Source: Sphingobacteriales bacterium (GTDB lineage: Bacteria > Bacteroidota > Bacteroidia > Chitinophagales > Chitinophagaceae). From it: 64,000 nt of DNA. This document shows positions 27,529 through 36,259 of this stretch, one piece after another. The stretch spans positions 11,017-75,016 of the forward strand of contig JAHEBJ010000007.1 of assembly GCA_024642285.1 (NCBI GenBank), written 5' to 3'. The stretch's first letter is position 1. Every line of letters starts with the position of its first letter. The notes under the pieces are model-generated. The model saw only the letters and a program-made list of their open reading frames with translations, was not told the DNA's origin and searched no databases. The position numbers and the translations under genes are program-made.

Positions 27529-28019
27529 AGAGGTATTGCCTCGATAATTTCCTCCAAATATTTTTTATCTATTTCGTTAAATTGGTCAAGTTCATTACTG
27601 TCAACATCTAAAACACCAATTACGCCACCGTTTTTTATTAGAGGAATTACAATTTCCGATCTTGATAAACTGCTGCAGGCAATATGGCCGGGAAATTTTT
27701 CAACATCAGGCACAATCAATGTTTCAGCATTCTGCCATACAGCACCACAAACGCCTCTTCCCTTTTTAATTCTTGTACAAGCAACCGGTCCCTGGAAAGG
27801 CCCAAGAACTAATTCTGATTCAGCGCTGTTTTTGGAATCGGGCTTCACTAAATAAAAACCAACCCATAACCATCCAAACTGTTCTTTAAGTGCTGCTGCA
27901 ACATTTGCCAGATTAGCAATAAAATCGGGCTCGCCATCTAACAGGCCTTTAATTTGAGGAATAAGCGATTGGTAAATTTCGACTTTGCTGCCGGTTACGA
28001 TTGTTAAGTCTTCTGCCAT
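27525..28019 (-). CDS. msrC: GAF-domain free methionine-(R)-sulfoxide reductase
   Basis: WVGFY, LGPFQGPVACTRI, GRGVCG, FPGHIAC, SEIVIP, VLDVDS; start ATG 28019 chosen because a TACCTTTG box lies just upstream. Confidence 0.88.
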   Translation of the reverse strand: MAEDLTIVTGSKVEIYQSLIPQIKGLLDGEPDFIANLANVAAALKEQFGWLWVGFYLVKPDSKNSAESELVLGPFQGPVACTRIKKGRGVCGAVWQNAETLIVPDVEKFPGHIACSSLSRSEIVIPLIKNGGVIGVLDVDSNELDQFNEIDKKYLEEIIEAIPL

Positions 28020-28034
28020 TGGGCAAAGGTAGTA

Positions 28035-28126
28035 TTTAACCACAGATACACGCTGATTAAGAACATAGATTAACACAGAATTGGTGGCTTTCTGTGAATA
28101 ACAATCAGAGCAAATTTGTGCTTAAA
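28035..28126. repeat. Interspersed nested palindrome built from CACAGAT-like units
   Basis: CACAGAT/GCTGATT/CATAGATT/CACAGAA followed by TTCTGTG/AATCAG/ATTTGTG inverted counterparts. Confidence 0.65.
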
Positions 28127-28641
28127 TTTTCTGCAAAAATCATATCGCTATAAGAAACAGCAGCAAAATCATCTTTCGCAATATTAAAAAACGCAGTATA
28201 CTTATCACACTGTGCCTGTAATTTTTCTATGCCAATGCTTCCGTTCTTATCAATGGCTTCTACTTCAACAAAAGTTCCCAAACCCTCAACTTTATCAAAA
28301 TGAAATTTTACATTATCTATAAAATAGATCTTCCTTCTTTTATCAACCACTGCTTTTATACCGAGCGTTTTTATTAAAATTTCTTTGAGTGCTTTATCAG
28401 GTTGATGCTGATACAGCAAAACATCACTGGATTTTGCACCTGCAAAATCTTCCCTTTCGTAATGGATCAATGCATTTTCAATATTGCCTTCTCTTAGTTT
28501 TAACCTGCCTTTGGCAATATTGAAGTAGGTATCTATTTGATGATCTTCTCCAATAAATAAAGGGTTTAGTTGTTGCAGCAAGGCTTCCAGTTCTGCCAGT
28601 TTGTTAGTACTGGCTTTAAATTCTATGTTAAGTATCGGCAT
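28105..28641 (-). CDS. CYTH domain protein (class IV adenylate cyclase-like, CyaB family)
   Basis: NIEFKA, QIDTYF, RLKLRE, KRRKIY, LGTFVEVE, SYSD motifs. Confidence 0.88.
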   Translation of the reverse strand: MPILNIEFKASTNKLAELEALLQQLNPLFIGEDHQIDTYFNIAKGRLKLREGNIENALIHYEREDFAGAKSSDVLLYQHQPDKALKEILIKTLGIKAVVDKRRKIYFIDNVKFHFDKVEGLGTFVEVEAIDKNGSIGIEKLQAQCDKYTAFFNIAKDDFAAVSYSDMIFAENLSTNLL

Positions 28642-28741
28642 AAAATAAAGATAGCGAGTTTACGCTCCAATAAAAAAGCATAAGGCGGAATTACTGTTGC
28701 ATTTCAGAATATTAATTCAGATATTACATAAAAGTAATTTT

Positions 28742-30103
28742 ATGGTATCCCGCAGAAAATTTATTCGCAACACCGCACTCAGCAGCGGCGCCATTTTATT
28801 GGGCGCCGAAAGTTTTGGTAATTTTTTTATTAACAAAAAACCAAAGGTCATCATCATTGGTGCCGGTTTTGCCGGACTTGCAGCAGCCTATAAACTAAAG
28901 CAACGTAATATTGATTTTGTTATCCTGGAGGCCCGTAACAGAGTTGGTGGACGAGTATTCAGTCATAAAATTGATGAAGCCGAAAATCTGGTCGTTGAGT
29001 TGGGTGGCGAGTGGGTTGGCAAATCTCATACCCGCATGAGAGAATTGTGCGACGAGTTTAAATTGAAACTTAATGACAATTATTTTCATACCCGGCTGAT
29101 TAGGAGCGGTAAATTTTTTGATAAGGGACAATGGGGCTTTAGTGAAAAATGGGAGAAAAAGTTTGAACAGCTAAAAAAAGACTATCATGACCTGAGTGAT
29201 GCCGGCGCAAAAAAACTTGACAAGATCGATTGGTGGCGCTACCTTGTAAACAATGGCTGCGATGGCGAAGACCTTGTTTTTAAGGAGCTCATTGACAGCA
29301 CTGACTTTGGCGAGGACCTGCGGCACGTGAGTGCCTATGCTGCGCTTGGTGAGTATGCCGAAAGCAACGATACCAACGAAATGGATTTGAAAATTGCCGG
29401 CGGCAATAGTGAAATGGCATTTGCGTTAAGAGACGCCATTGGTGCCGATAAGATAATGATGCAACACAAAGTGAAAAAAATAGAACAAGGCGTTGGCGTA
29501 AAAGTTACTTGTGAAGACGGTAAGGTTTTTGAAGGCGACCAGATCATATGTACCATCCCTACATTAAGTGCAAAACAAATAAATTGGGTGCCGGCATTGC
29601 CGGCAGATACCCAACAGGCGATGAACGAGCTGCAGTATGCTAGAATAAATAAGAACGCAATGCTGTACAGCAATCGTTTCTGGAAAGATGAAAGCTTTGA
29701 CCTGGTAACGGATACTCCCGGGCATTATTTTTATCATGGCACAAAAAATCAGCAATCAAAAAAAGGTGTTTTAATTTCTTATTCAATTGGCGATAAAGCG
29801 CCGGTTATAAAATCACAAACCGATGCCTGGAAAGCTGAGATGATAAATATGAGTTTGAAAGCTGGTTTTGGCGATACCAAACAATTGCTTGAAAAACAGG
29901 TAGATTATTATTGGGGTGAAGATGCCTATTCAAAAGGAGCTTATGCTATGTATGGCGTTGGGCAGTGGTTTGGCATCATGCCCATTTTACAGCGGCCATT
30001 TATGAAAACACATTTTGCAGGTGAGCACCTATCCGATGCATGGCAGGGATTTATGGAAGGCGCTATTGAAACCGGCGAGGCCGCTGCAAAGCTGATCAAA
30101 TAA
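28742..30103 (+). CDS. Flavin-dependent amine oxidase family protein with Tat-type signal
   Basis: SRRKFIRNTAL signal, IIGAGFAGLAAA, LEARNRVGGR, GAYAMY, FAGEH, GFMEGAIETG; ATG 28742 preferred over TTG 28697. Confidence 0.85.
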   Translation: MVSRRKFIRNTALSSGAILLGAESFGNFFINKKPKVIIIGAGFAGLAAAYKLKQRNIDFVILEARNRVGGRVFSHKIDEAENLVVELGGEWVGKSHTRMRELCDEFKLKLNDNYFHTRLIRSGKFFDKGQWGFSEKWEKKFEQLKKDYHDLSDAGAKKLDKIDWWRYLVNNGCDGEDLVFKELIDSTDFGEDLRHVSAYAALGEYAESNDTNEMDLKIAGGNSEMAFALRDAIGADKIMMQHKVKKIEQGVGVKVTCEDGKVFEGDQIICTIPTLSAKQINWVPALPADTQQAMNELQYARINKNAMLYSNRFWKDESFDLVTDTPGHYFYHGTKNQQSKKGVLISYSIGDKAPVIKSQTDAWKAEMINMSLKAGFGDTKQLLEKQVDYYWGEDAYSKGAYAMYGVGQWFGIMPILQRPFMKTHFAGEHLSDAWQGFMEGAIETGEAAAKLIK

Positions 30104-30122
30104 AACTTCTTTCTATGGGGGT

Positions 30123-30165
30123 TAAAAAAAACCGTCCCGATATTTATCGGGACGGTTTGCATTTT
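30123..30165. terminator. Terminator between convergent amine oxidase and S46 peptidase genes
   Basis: Perfect 14-bp inverted repeat AAACCGTCCCGATA-TT-TATCGGGACGGTTT, with an A-tract on the left. Confidence 0.8.
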
Positions 30166-30180
30166 TATTCCTGAAAGAAA

Positions 30181-32343
30181 TTATCTCACCAAAGTTAGTT
30201 CATCAATAATGTTTTTGGCGCCTCCAAGTTTATCAATACACCAAAGCACATAACGTACATCCACATTAATAGTACGGTTAAGGTCTTTATCGAATGCTAT
30301 CTTATGACTTAGTGCTTCATAGTTGCCATCAAAAGCAAGACCAATTAAATTACCGCTGCCATCAATAACCGGGCTGCCCGAATTACCACCGGTGATATCG
30401 TTGGTAGTAATAAAGCCAATAACCAGGTCGTTTTTCGCTTTATCAATATACTGGCCAAAATCTCTTTTCTTCAATAGTTCTATTTGTTTGGTTGGCAAAT
30501 CAAATTCATAATCGCCCGGCTTATATTTTTCCAGGATGCCTTTACTGGTTGTTACATAATCATAAAATACAGCATCACGTGGTTTATAACTTTTAACCGA
30601 ACCATAACTAACCCGCATGCTGAAATTGGCATCGGGATACATTTTGTTTACCGCTGCAGGGTTCATCTCCATAATACCTTTCATGTACATCCTGCCTAAC
30701 TCGTCGTTCTTGTTTCTAAATTCGGCAAACAGGCTGGAATATTTACTCAAATAGTTTCTTATAAATGCCGACATATAGGAAAATGCAGGATCTTCCTGTA
30801 ATGCAACGGCAGTAGGAGCTGCAACAAATGCATTCCATTTATCATCGTCCAGCATCATGGTTTTCGCAAACACGTCACGGGCCCATTTTTTAAATGTTGC
30901 CTCTTCACTCAAACTACCATAGTAAGATTTAATGCCCTCGTAAAAACCAATCGGGTGCTGGTTTTTATCAACGTCATTATAGTACATCATAGCTGTAGCA
31001 GCCATTATTTTTTCATCACTTGGCAGATCTTCTCCTTCTTTAAAATCGGCACGTACAGCTGTGGCCGCTTCAATTGCTTTTTTAAGATCGGCCGAGCTGG
31101 TGTTTGTGGCAATCAATTTATCTTCTAAGGTTCTTAGTCTTGAAGCAGCTCCAACCAAAGGGCTTCCAAAAATTCCTTCGTTCAGATACTGACGCATTTT
31201 ACTGTACGGAGTCCAGTTGGCATAGTTTTTCGCATAATCACCCAGAATATTCTCATAGTCGGGTTTTCCCTTTGCCCAGGCTGCAAATTTATTTTCGTAG
31301 TCACGCTTTTGATCTTCCACTTTGTATTGGATCAACTGCTTGGTTTCACCATCAAAGAATTTCCAATAGTTTGCAATGCCGGCATAGCTGTCGCTCAGTT
31401 TTAATTTTACAGCAGGGTCTTTTATCATCTGCTCATGCATATACTTTAATCGAATATCACGTAAGCCAACCAGTGACGGATTTTCAATTTCGTTTTTCAG
31501 TTTGATCCCGTAGCTGGTTTCATAACGGTTTGTACCGCCCGGGTAGCCGTAGATCATGGCATAGTCACCATCTTTAAATCCTTTAATGCTTACCGGTAAA
31601 TAATGTTTTGGCTTTAAAGGCACATTGTCCTTGCTGTATTCAGTTGGCTTGCCGTCTTTAGCTGTGTACACACGGAAAACAGAAAAATCGCCGGTATGAC
31701 GTGGCCACTCCCAGTTATCGGTATCGCCGCCAAACTTACCTACTGTCTCAGGAGGTGCGCCCACAAGACGTATATCACGATAGGTTTTGTACACATACAT
31801 GATATGCTGGTTGCCTTTGAACATGGCATAAATCCTTCCGGCCAGTTCGTTTTCCTTATCGGCAACCTTATCGGTAATAGATTTATAAATCTCGTTTATT
31901 TTTTTATTTCTTTCCTCGTAGCTCAGTCCTTTCAATGCATCTTCTACCTCTTTGGTTACATCAACAATACGGTCTAAAAACTGAACCGTTAGTTTGCTCT
32001 GCAATTCCTGGTCTTTGTTATAAGCATAAAATCCATCTTTTAAATAATTATGCTCAATAGAACTGGCAGCCGAGATAGCGCCATAGCCACAATGGTGATT
32101 GGTAAATATCAATCCCTGGCTGCTCACAATTTCGCCGGTACAACCACCTCCAAAAATGATAATAGCATCTTTTAATGATGATTTGTTGATGGAATACAAT
32201 TGTTCTTTGGTTAGTTTCAATCCTTTTTTAACCATATCGTTGTACACCTGCTGGCCTAACAACATTGGCAGCCACATGCCTTCTTCGGCCTGGGCCCTGA
32301 ACAGGCTGATAGAGAACACAACCATAATAAATAACTTCTTCAT
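30181..32343 (-). CDS. S46 family dipeptidyl peptidase (DPP7/DAP BII type)
   Basis: EEGMWLP, GGGCTGEIVS, TNHHC (His), GGDTDNWEWPRHTGDF, TGGNSGSP (Ser), GLAFDGN. Confidence 0.95.
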   Translation of the reverse strand: MKKLFIMVVFSISLFRAQAEEGMWLPMLLGQQVYNDMVKKGLKLTKEQLYSINKSSLKDAIIIFGGGCTGEIVSSQGLIFTNHHCGYGAISAASSIEHNYLKDGFYAYNKDQELQSKLTVQFLDRIVDVTKEVEDALKGLSYEERNKKINEIYKSITDKVADKENELAGRIYAMFKGNQHIMYVYKTYRDIRLVGAPPETVGKFGGDTDNWEWPRHTGDFSVFRVYTAKDGKPTEYSKDNVPLKPKHYLPVSIKGFKDGDYAMIYGYPGGTNRYETSYGIKLKNEIENPSLVGLRDIRLKYMHEQMIKDPAVKLKLSDSYAGIANYWKFFDGETKQLIQYKVEDQKRDYENKFAAWAKGKPDYENILGDYAKNYANWTPYSKMRQYLNEGIFGSPLVGAASRLRTLEDKLIATNTSSADLKKAIEAATAVRADFKEGEDLPSDEKIMAATAMMYYNDVDKNQHPIGFYEGIKSYYGSLSEEATFKKWARDVFAKTMMLDDDKWNAFVAAPTAVALQEDPAFSYMSAFIRNYLSKYSSLFAEFRNKNDELGRMYMKGIMEMNPAAVNKMYPDANFSMRVSYGSVKSYKPRDAVFYDYVTTSKGILEKYKPGDYEFDLPTKQIELLKKRDFGQYIDKAKNDLVIGFITTNDITGGNSGSPVIDGSGNLIGLAFDGNYEALSHKIAFDKDLNRTINVDVRYVLWCIDKLGGAKNIIDELTLVR

Positions 32344-32464
32344 ATAATTTTGATTTTTTTTAGAGGGCTAATTTACTCATTATTTCTTAGAACTCCTGCT
32401 GTTCATTATTGTAGAGGGCTCTTCTTTTTGTTTATCTTTGCTTCTTTAACCTTTATAACTGCAG

Positions 32465-34000
32465 ATGGCGATATTTGATATCAAGCTTCCTAAATCTATT
32501 GCCCGGGCTTTAAATATTCCCGTCAGCGATGCCCGGAGCCAGCAGATTAAGGTATTAAAAAAATTGCTAAAAAAAGCAAGATTCACCGAGTTTGGTCAGC
32601 GTTACCGCTTTGATGATGTGCTGATGAGCAACCATCCCGGCAAAAAATTCCAGCAAAATGTTCCCACGTTCGACTACAATAAAATGTATGATGCCTGGTG
32701 GTATAAGACCAAAGAAGGAAGTCCTGACGTATGCTGGCCGGGGGTTATAAAATATTTTGCCCTAAGCAGTGGTACAAGTGACGCCACCAGTAAGTTCATT
32801 CCTATTACCCGTGATCTGATACGTGCCAATACCATTACCAGTTTTAAACAGTTATTAAGTTTAACCCGTTATGCCAAAGTACCCAAAAGCTCAGTAGGAA
32901 AAGGCTGGCTGATTTTAGGAGGAAGTACTCAATTACAAAGGGGGCCAACTTATTTTGCCGGCGACCTTAGTGGCATACAGCAAAAAAATATACCGTTCTG
33001 GTTCCAGGGATTGGGGTTGTATAAGCCAGGGAAAAAAATTGCCAAAGAAAAAGAATGGTCGAGGAAACTGGAGGAAGTGGTGAACAATGCACCCAATTGG
33101 GATATTGGATTTATTGTTGGTGTTCCTGCCTGGCTTCAATTGTGCATGGAAAAAATCATTGAAAAGTATGAACTGAAGAATATTCATGAAATGTGGCCCA
33201 ACCTGGCGTTTTATGTACATGGCGGTGTGGCAATGGAACCGTACAAAAGAGGATTTGAAAAATTACTTGGTAAACCGCTCATCTATATTGAAACCTATCT
33301 GGCCAGCGAAGGATTTTTGGCTTACCAGAATAGGCAGGGCACAAACGGAATGCACCTGGCGCTAAACAACAATGTGTTTTTTGAGTTTGTTCCTTTTGAT
33401 CATAAAAATTTTGATCTGGATGGCAATATGGTGGAAGAGCCAGAGGCATATATGATTCATGAGATTGAAGAAAATAAAGATTACGCTATCCTTATCAGTA
33501 CCAACGCAGGTGCCTGGCGCTATGCCATTGGCGATACGGTGAAACTGGTGGACAAGGAAAGAAGTGAGATTGTTATAACGGGCCGCACCAAACATTTTTT
33601 AAATATGGTTGGCGAACACCTGAGTGTTGACAACATGAACAAGGCCATTGAGATAGTTGCCGAAAATATGAATATATACATACCGGAATTTACAGTTGCC
33701 GGTGTGCCTCACGGAACTTTTTTTGCCCACCAATGGTATGTAGCCACCGATGATGAGGTTGATGTAGACGAACTGACGGCAAGAATTGATAAAAGGCTAA
33801 AAGAGCTGAATGATGATTACGAAGTGGAACGTCGCCATGCACTAAAAGATGTGATGGTAAAAGTTTTATCGGAAGACACTTTTATGAATTTCATGAAATC
33901 CAAAGGCAAAGAAGGCGGCCAGCATAAATTCCCACGTGTGTTAAAAGGAAAAATGCTGGAAGACTGGCAAAATTTTTTAAAGGCTGAAAACATTGTTTAA
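32465..34000 (+). CDS. GH3-family acyl-adenylate/amido synthetase homolog (paralog 2)
   Basis: 511 aa; LSSGTS, YLASEG, WRYAIGDT, KEGGQHKFPRV. Confidence 0.88.
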   Translation: MAIFDIKLPKSIARALNIPVSDARSQQIKVLKKLLKKARFTEFGQRYRFDDVLMSNHPGKKFQQNVPTFDYNKMYDAWWYKTKEGSPDVCWPGVIKYFALSSGTSDATSKFIPITRDLIRANTITSFKQLLSLTRYAKVPKSSVGKGWLILGGSTQLQRGPTYFAGDLSGIQQKNIPFWFQGLGLYKPGKKIAKEKEWSRKLEEVVNNAPNWDIGFIVGVPAWLQLCMEKIIEKYELKNIHEMWPNLAFYVHGGVAMEPYKRGFEKLLGKPLIYIETYLASEGFLAYQNRQGTNGMHLALNNNVFFEFVPFDHKNFDLDGNMVEEPEAYMIHEIEENKDYAILISTNAGAWRYAIGDTVKLVDKERSEIVITGRTKHFLNMVGEHLSVDNMNKAIEIVAENMNIYIPEFTVAGVPHGTFFAHQWYVATDDEVDVDELTARIDKRLKELNDDYEVERRHALKDVMVKVLSEDTFMNFMKSKGKEGGQHKFPRVLKGKMLEDWQNFLKAENIV

Positions 34001-34749
34001 AGTTTTACTGTGGGGCACCCAACGCCACTATCTCTCTTACCAAATTTATAAATAATACCTGCTGATGTACTGTGATAATGATCCTGAAATTTCGGGCCAG
34101 CGGCTTCGCTGAATCCATCCAGGTAATCAGTAAAAATAAAACGGTAGGAAGTTTCAATGTTTACCGAAAAACGATTTGATAAAGGATATTCGGCGCCAAC
34201 ACCAACTGGCACCGCTAGAATTGCACGTGGTGTTCCGTGTGCGTTATCAATTACCAGGCCGTTTGCTACTTCGGAGCCACTGTGAAAAACAGAAGAATTC
34301 ATGCGGCTGTAATCTTTAACCACACTCAGCAATGTTAAACCGGCCCCTGAAAATATATATGGCATAATGCCTCGGTCTTCATAATTTCTTCCCCTGATAT
34401 TCCAAACCAGCTGTGCCGAGAATTCTTTAACAGGTGTGGTTGCATAAAAATTGCGCTGCTGCCGGTAATCGGGTTTACTGTAGCGGCTTTCATCGGCAAC
34501 CAGCCGGGCAAAACTCAAATGTATCCTGGCTGCCAGAAAATGATTGATTGGTTTTTTTGCAAAAAACGAAAACCCCGGCCGCAGGTTTCTGAAAGAACCA
34601 TATCTTGATGGTGTAAGGTCACCCTGGTAAACATAAATTCCACCGTTAAGACCTACGCTCATGTCGCTGTAAAACTGCGCATGAGCTTTTACTGTAAAAA
34701 ATAAAATGGTTGACAATACCAGGGCTCCTGTTTTAATTCCGGCTTTCAA
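33997..34749 (-). CDS. Outer-membrane beta-barrel protein (DUF6089/PorT-like)
   Basis: Signal peptide, YQGDL, alternating beta-strands, FTDYLDG motif. Confidence 0.75.
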   Translation of the reverse strand: MKAGIKTGALVLSTILFFTVKAHAQFYSDMSVGLNGGIYVYQGDLTPSRYGSFRNLRPGFSFFAKKPINHFLAARIHLSFARLVADESRYSKPDYRQQRNFYATTPVKEFSAQLVWNIRGRNYEDRGIMPYIFSGAGLTLLSVVKDYSRMNSSVFHSGSEVANGLVIDNAHGTPRAILAVPVGVGAEYPLSNRFSVNIETSYRFIFTDYLDGFSEAAGPKFQDHYHSTSAGIIYKFGKRDSGVGCPTVKL

Positions 34750-34945
34750 AACTTTCTTTGTTTAAGATGAATTAATGAAAGCAGCGTTGAGGCAATTCTT
34801 ACTGGTTGTACAAAAATTGTGCAATCTTTTGCGTAGCCGTTTAATCAGATAAAAACATTTTTTTCTTGAACGTGAAATAGTAATTTAGATTGTTGCGCAG
34901 AATGTTAAATGAATCTTAATAAAAATGCTTTCTTAAATTTAACGA

Positions 34946-35605
34946 ATGGTTGATGCGATAATAAAAGGACTGGCAATAAGTTTACTACTGATTTTTTCTG
35001 TGGGTCCTGTTATTTTTACCATCATTAAACAGAGCATTAACCACGGTCGCCGCGGCGGATTTAGTTTTGTTATGGGTGTATGGTTAAGCGATCTGATATG
35101 GGTTGTTTTAAGCAATGGTTTCAGCGAAGCCATACAAACACTTCTTAATTTTAAAATTCCTATTGGCATTGCAGGCTGTCTGTTTTTAATAGGTATGGGT
35201 ATTTATTTTGTCTTTATAAAAAAAATAGAGCCCCGTAAAATTGCTGAACCTGCTGAACTTGCCGGCGATGAAATTACTGCTACCGGAAAAAGAACCAACT
35301 ACTACGCTATTTTTACTTCTGGATTTATCATCAACACACTAAATCCTGCGGTTATTTCTTTCTGGGTGATTATAGCAGCTTCGCTTGCTTCGGTTTATAC
35401 ATTGAATGACCGTATTATTATTTTTGCAACCTGTCTGGGAGTAAACACGCTTTCTGACATTGGAAAAGTAATGGGAGCAGGTTATATTGGAAGGCGCTTA
35501 AGCGACCGTGTGATTCTGCTTATTAACCGCATTTCCGGAATACTTTACCTTATTTTTGGTTTTGTAATTCTGGGAGGCATCATTTATACATTGGTAAAAG
35601 ATTAA
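34946..35605 (+). CDS. LysE/RhtB family exporter
   Basis: SVGPVIFTII, GVWLSD, GFIINTLNP motifs; about 6 TMs. Confidence 0.85.
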   Translation: MVDAIIKGLAISLLLIFSVGPVIFTIIKQSINHGRRGGFSFVMGVWLSDLIWVVLSNGFSEAIQTLLNFKIPIGIAGCLFLIGMGIYFVFIKKIEPRKIAEPAELAGDEITATGKRTNYYAIFTSGFIINTLNPAVISFWVIIAASLASVYTLNDRIIIFATCLGVNTLSDIGKVMGAGYIGRRLSDRVILLINRISGILYLIFGFVILGGIIYTLVKD

Positions 35606-35649
35606 CAGAAACAACGGCCATTCCTAAATTAGAGTTTTTAATTTGTCAC

Positions 35650-36207
35650 ATGAATTTATTATTCTCATCACTGCTTTTTATTTCCTGTACAATACAAGCC
35701 CAACAGTCCGATTTCATCATCTTAAAAAAGAACAATAAGACATTCAACACTTTTTACAGTGGGATGGATATTGCTTTCACAACTACCAGCGGCTCTTTTA
35801 TAAATGCTCATATCAGCGGTATTAAAGACGACACTTTATATCTTCAGCAATTCATTATTCGCTATATACCAACCACACTGGGTACCTATATTGTAGATAC
35901 CGCCGGTAGTTACAGATATAAGTATCATTATAACCAGGTTGCGGCCATTGGGCAAAGAGAGAAAACCAATTTTAATACCAAAGGTAGTGGAGCAGCCTTG
36001 CTTGGTGGCGGAGCTCTGTTGACATTGGCCAGTGGCGTTGTATACCTGGTGGATAAGGAAAAATTCAGTGCACCATTGTTGCTGACTTCAATAGGATTGG
36101 GAACGCTTGGTTATTTCATGGCCAAAGGAAAAAAACGGGGCAATGGAATGCCGATTGGTAAAAAGTATAAGTTGGTTTACATGAATATGAGTATCGATAA
36201 AAAATGA
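35650..36207 (+). CDS. Hypothetical exported/membrane protein
   Basis: 185 aa, signal peptide, Gly-rich C-terminal hydrophobic hairpin. Confidence 0.7.
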   Translation: MNLLFSSLLFISCTIQAQQSDFIILKKNNKTFNTFYSGMDIAFTTTSGSFINAHISGIKDDTLYLQQFIIRYIPTTLGTYIVDTAGSYRYKYHYNQVAAIGQREKTNFNTKGSGAALLGGGALLTLASGVVYLVDKEKFSAPLLLTSIGLGTLGYFMAKGKKRGNGMPIGKKYKLVYMNMSIDKK

Positions 36208-36259
36208 GTGCCCTTAATTAAAAACAGAAGTATATTTATTTCTGAAACAATAATCACTG

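Noticed and set aside
26844-28126. Short repeat clusters as CRISPR remnants
   Set aside because: Units are 7-9 nt with no 25-45 nt repeats or unique spacers, and no cas genes are present
8404-34000. A dedicated auxin synthesis/conjugation cluster (paaZ, GH3 x2, amine oxidase)
   Set aside because: The genes are scattered over 26 kb among unrelated housekeeping genes on both strands, and no iaaH or ipdC-like partner was seen; kept only as a speculative note
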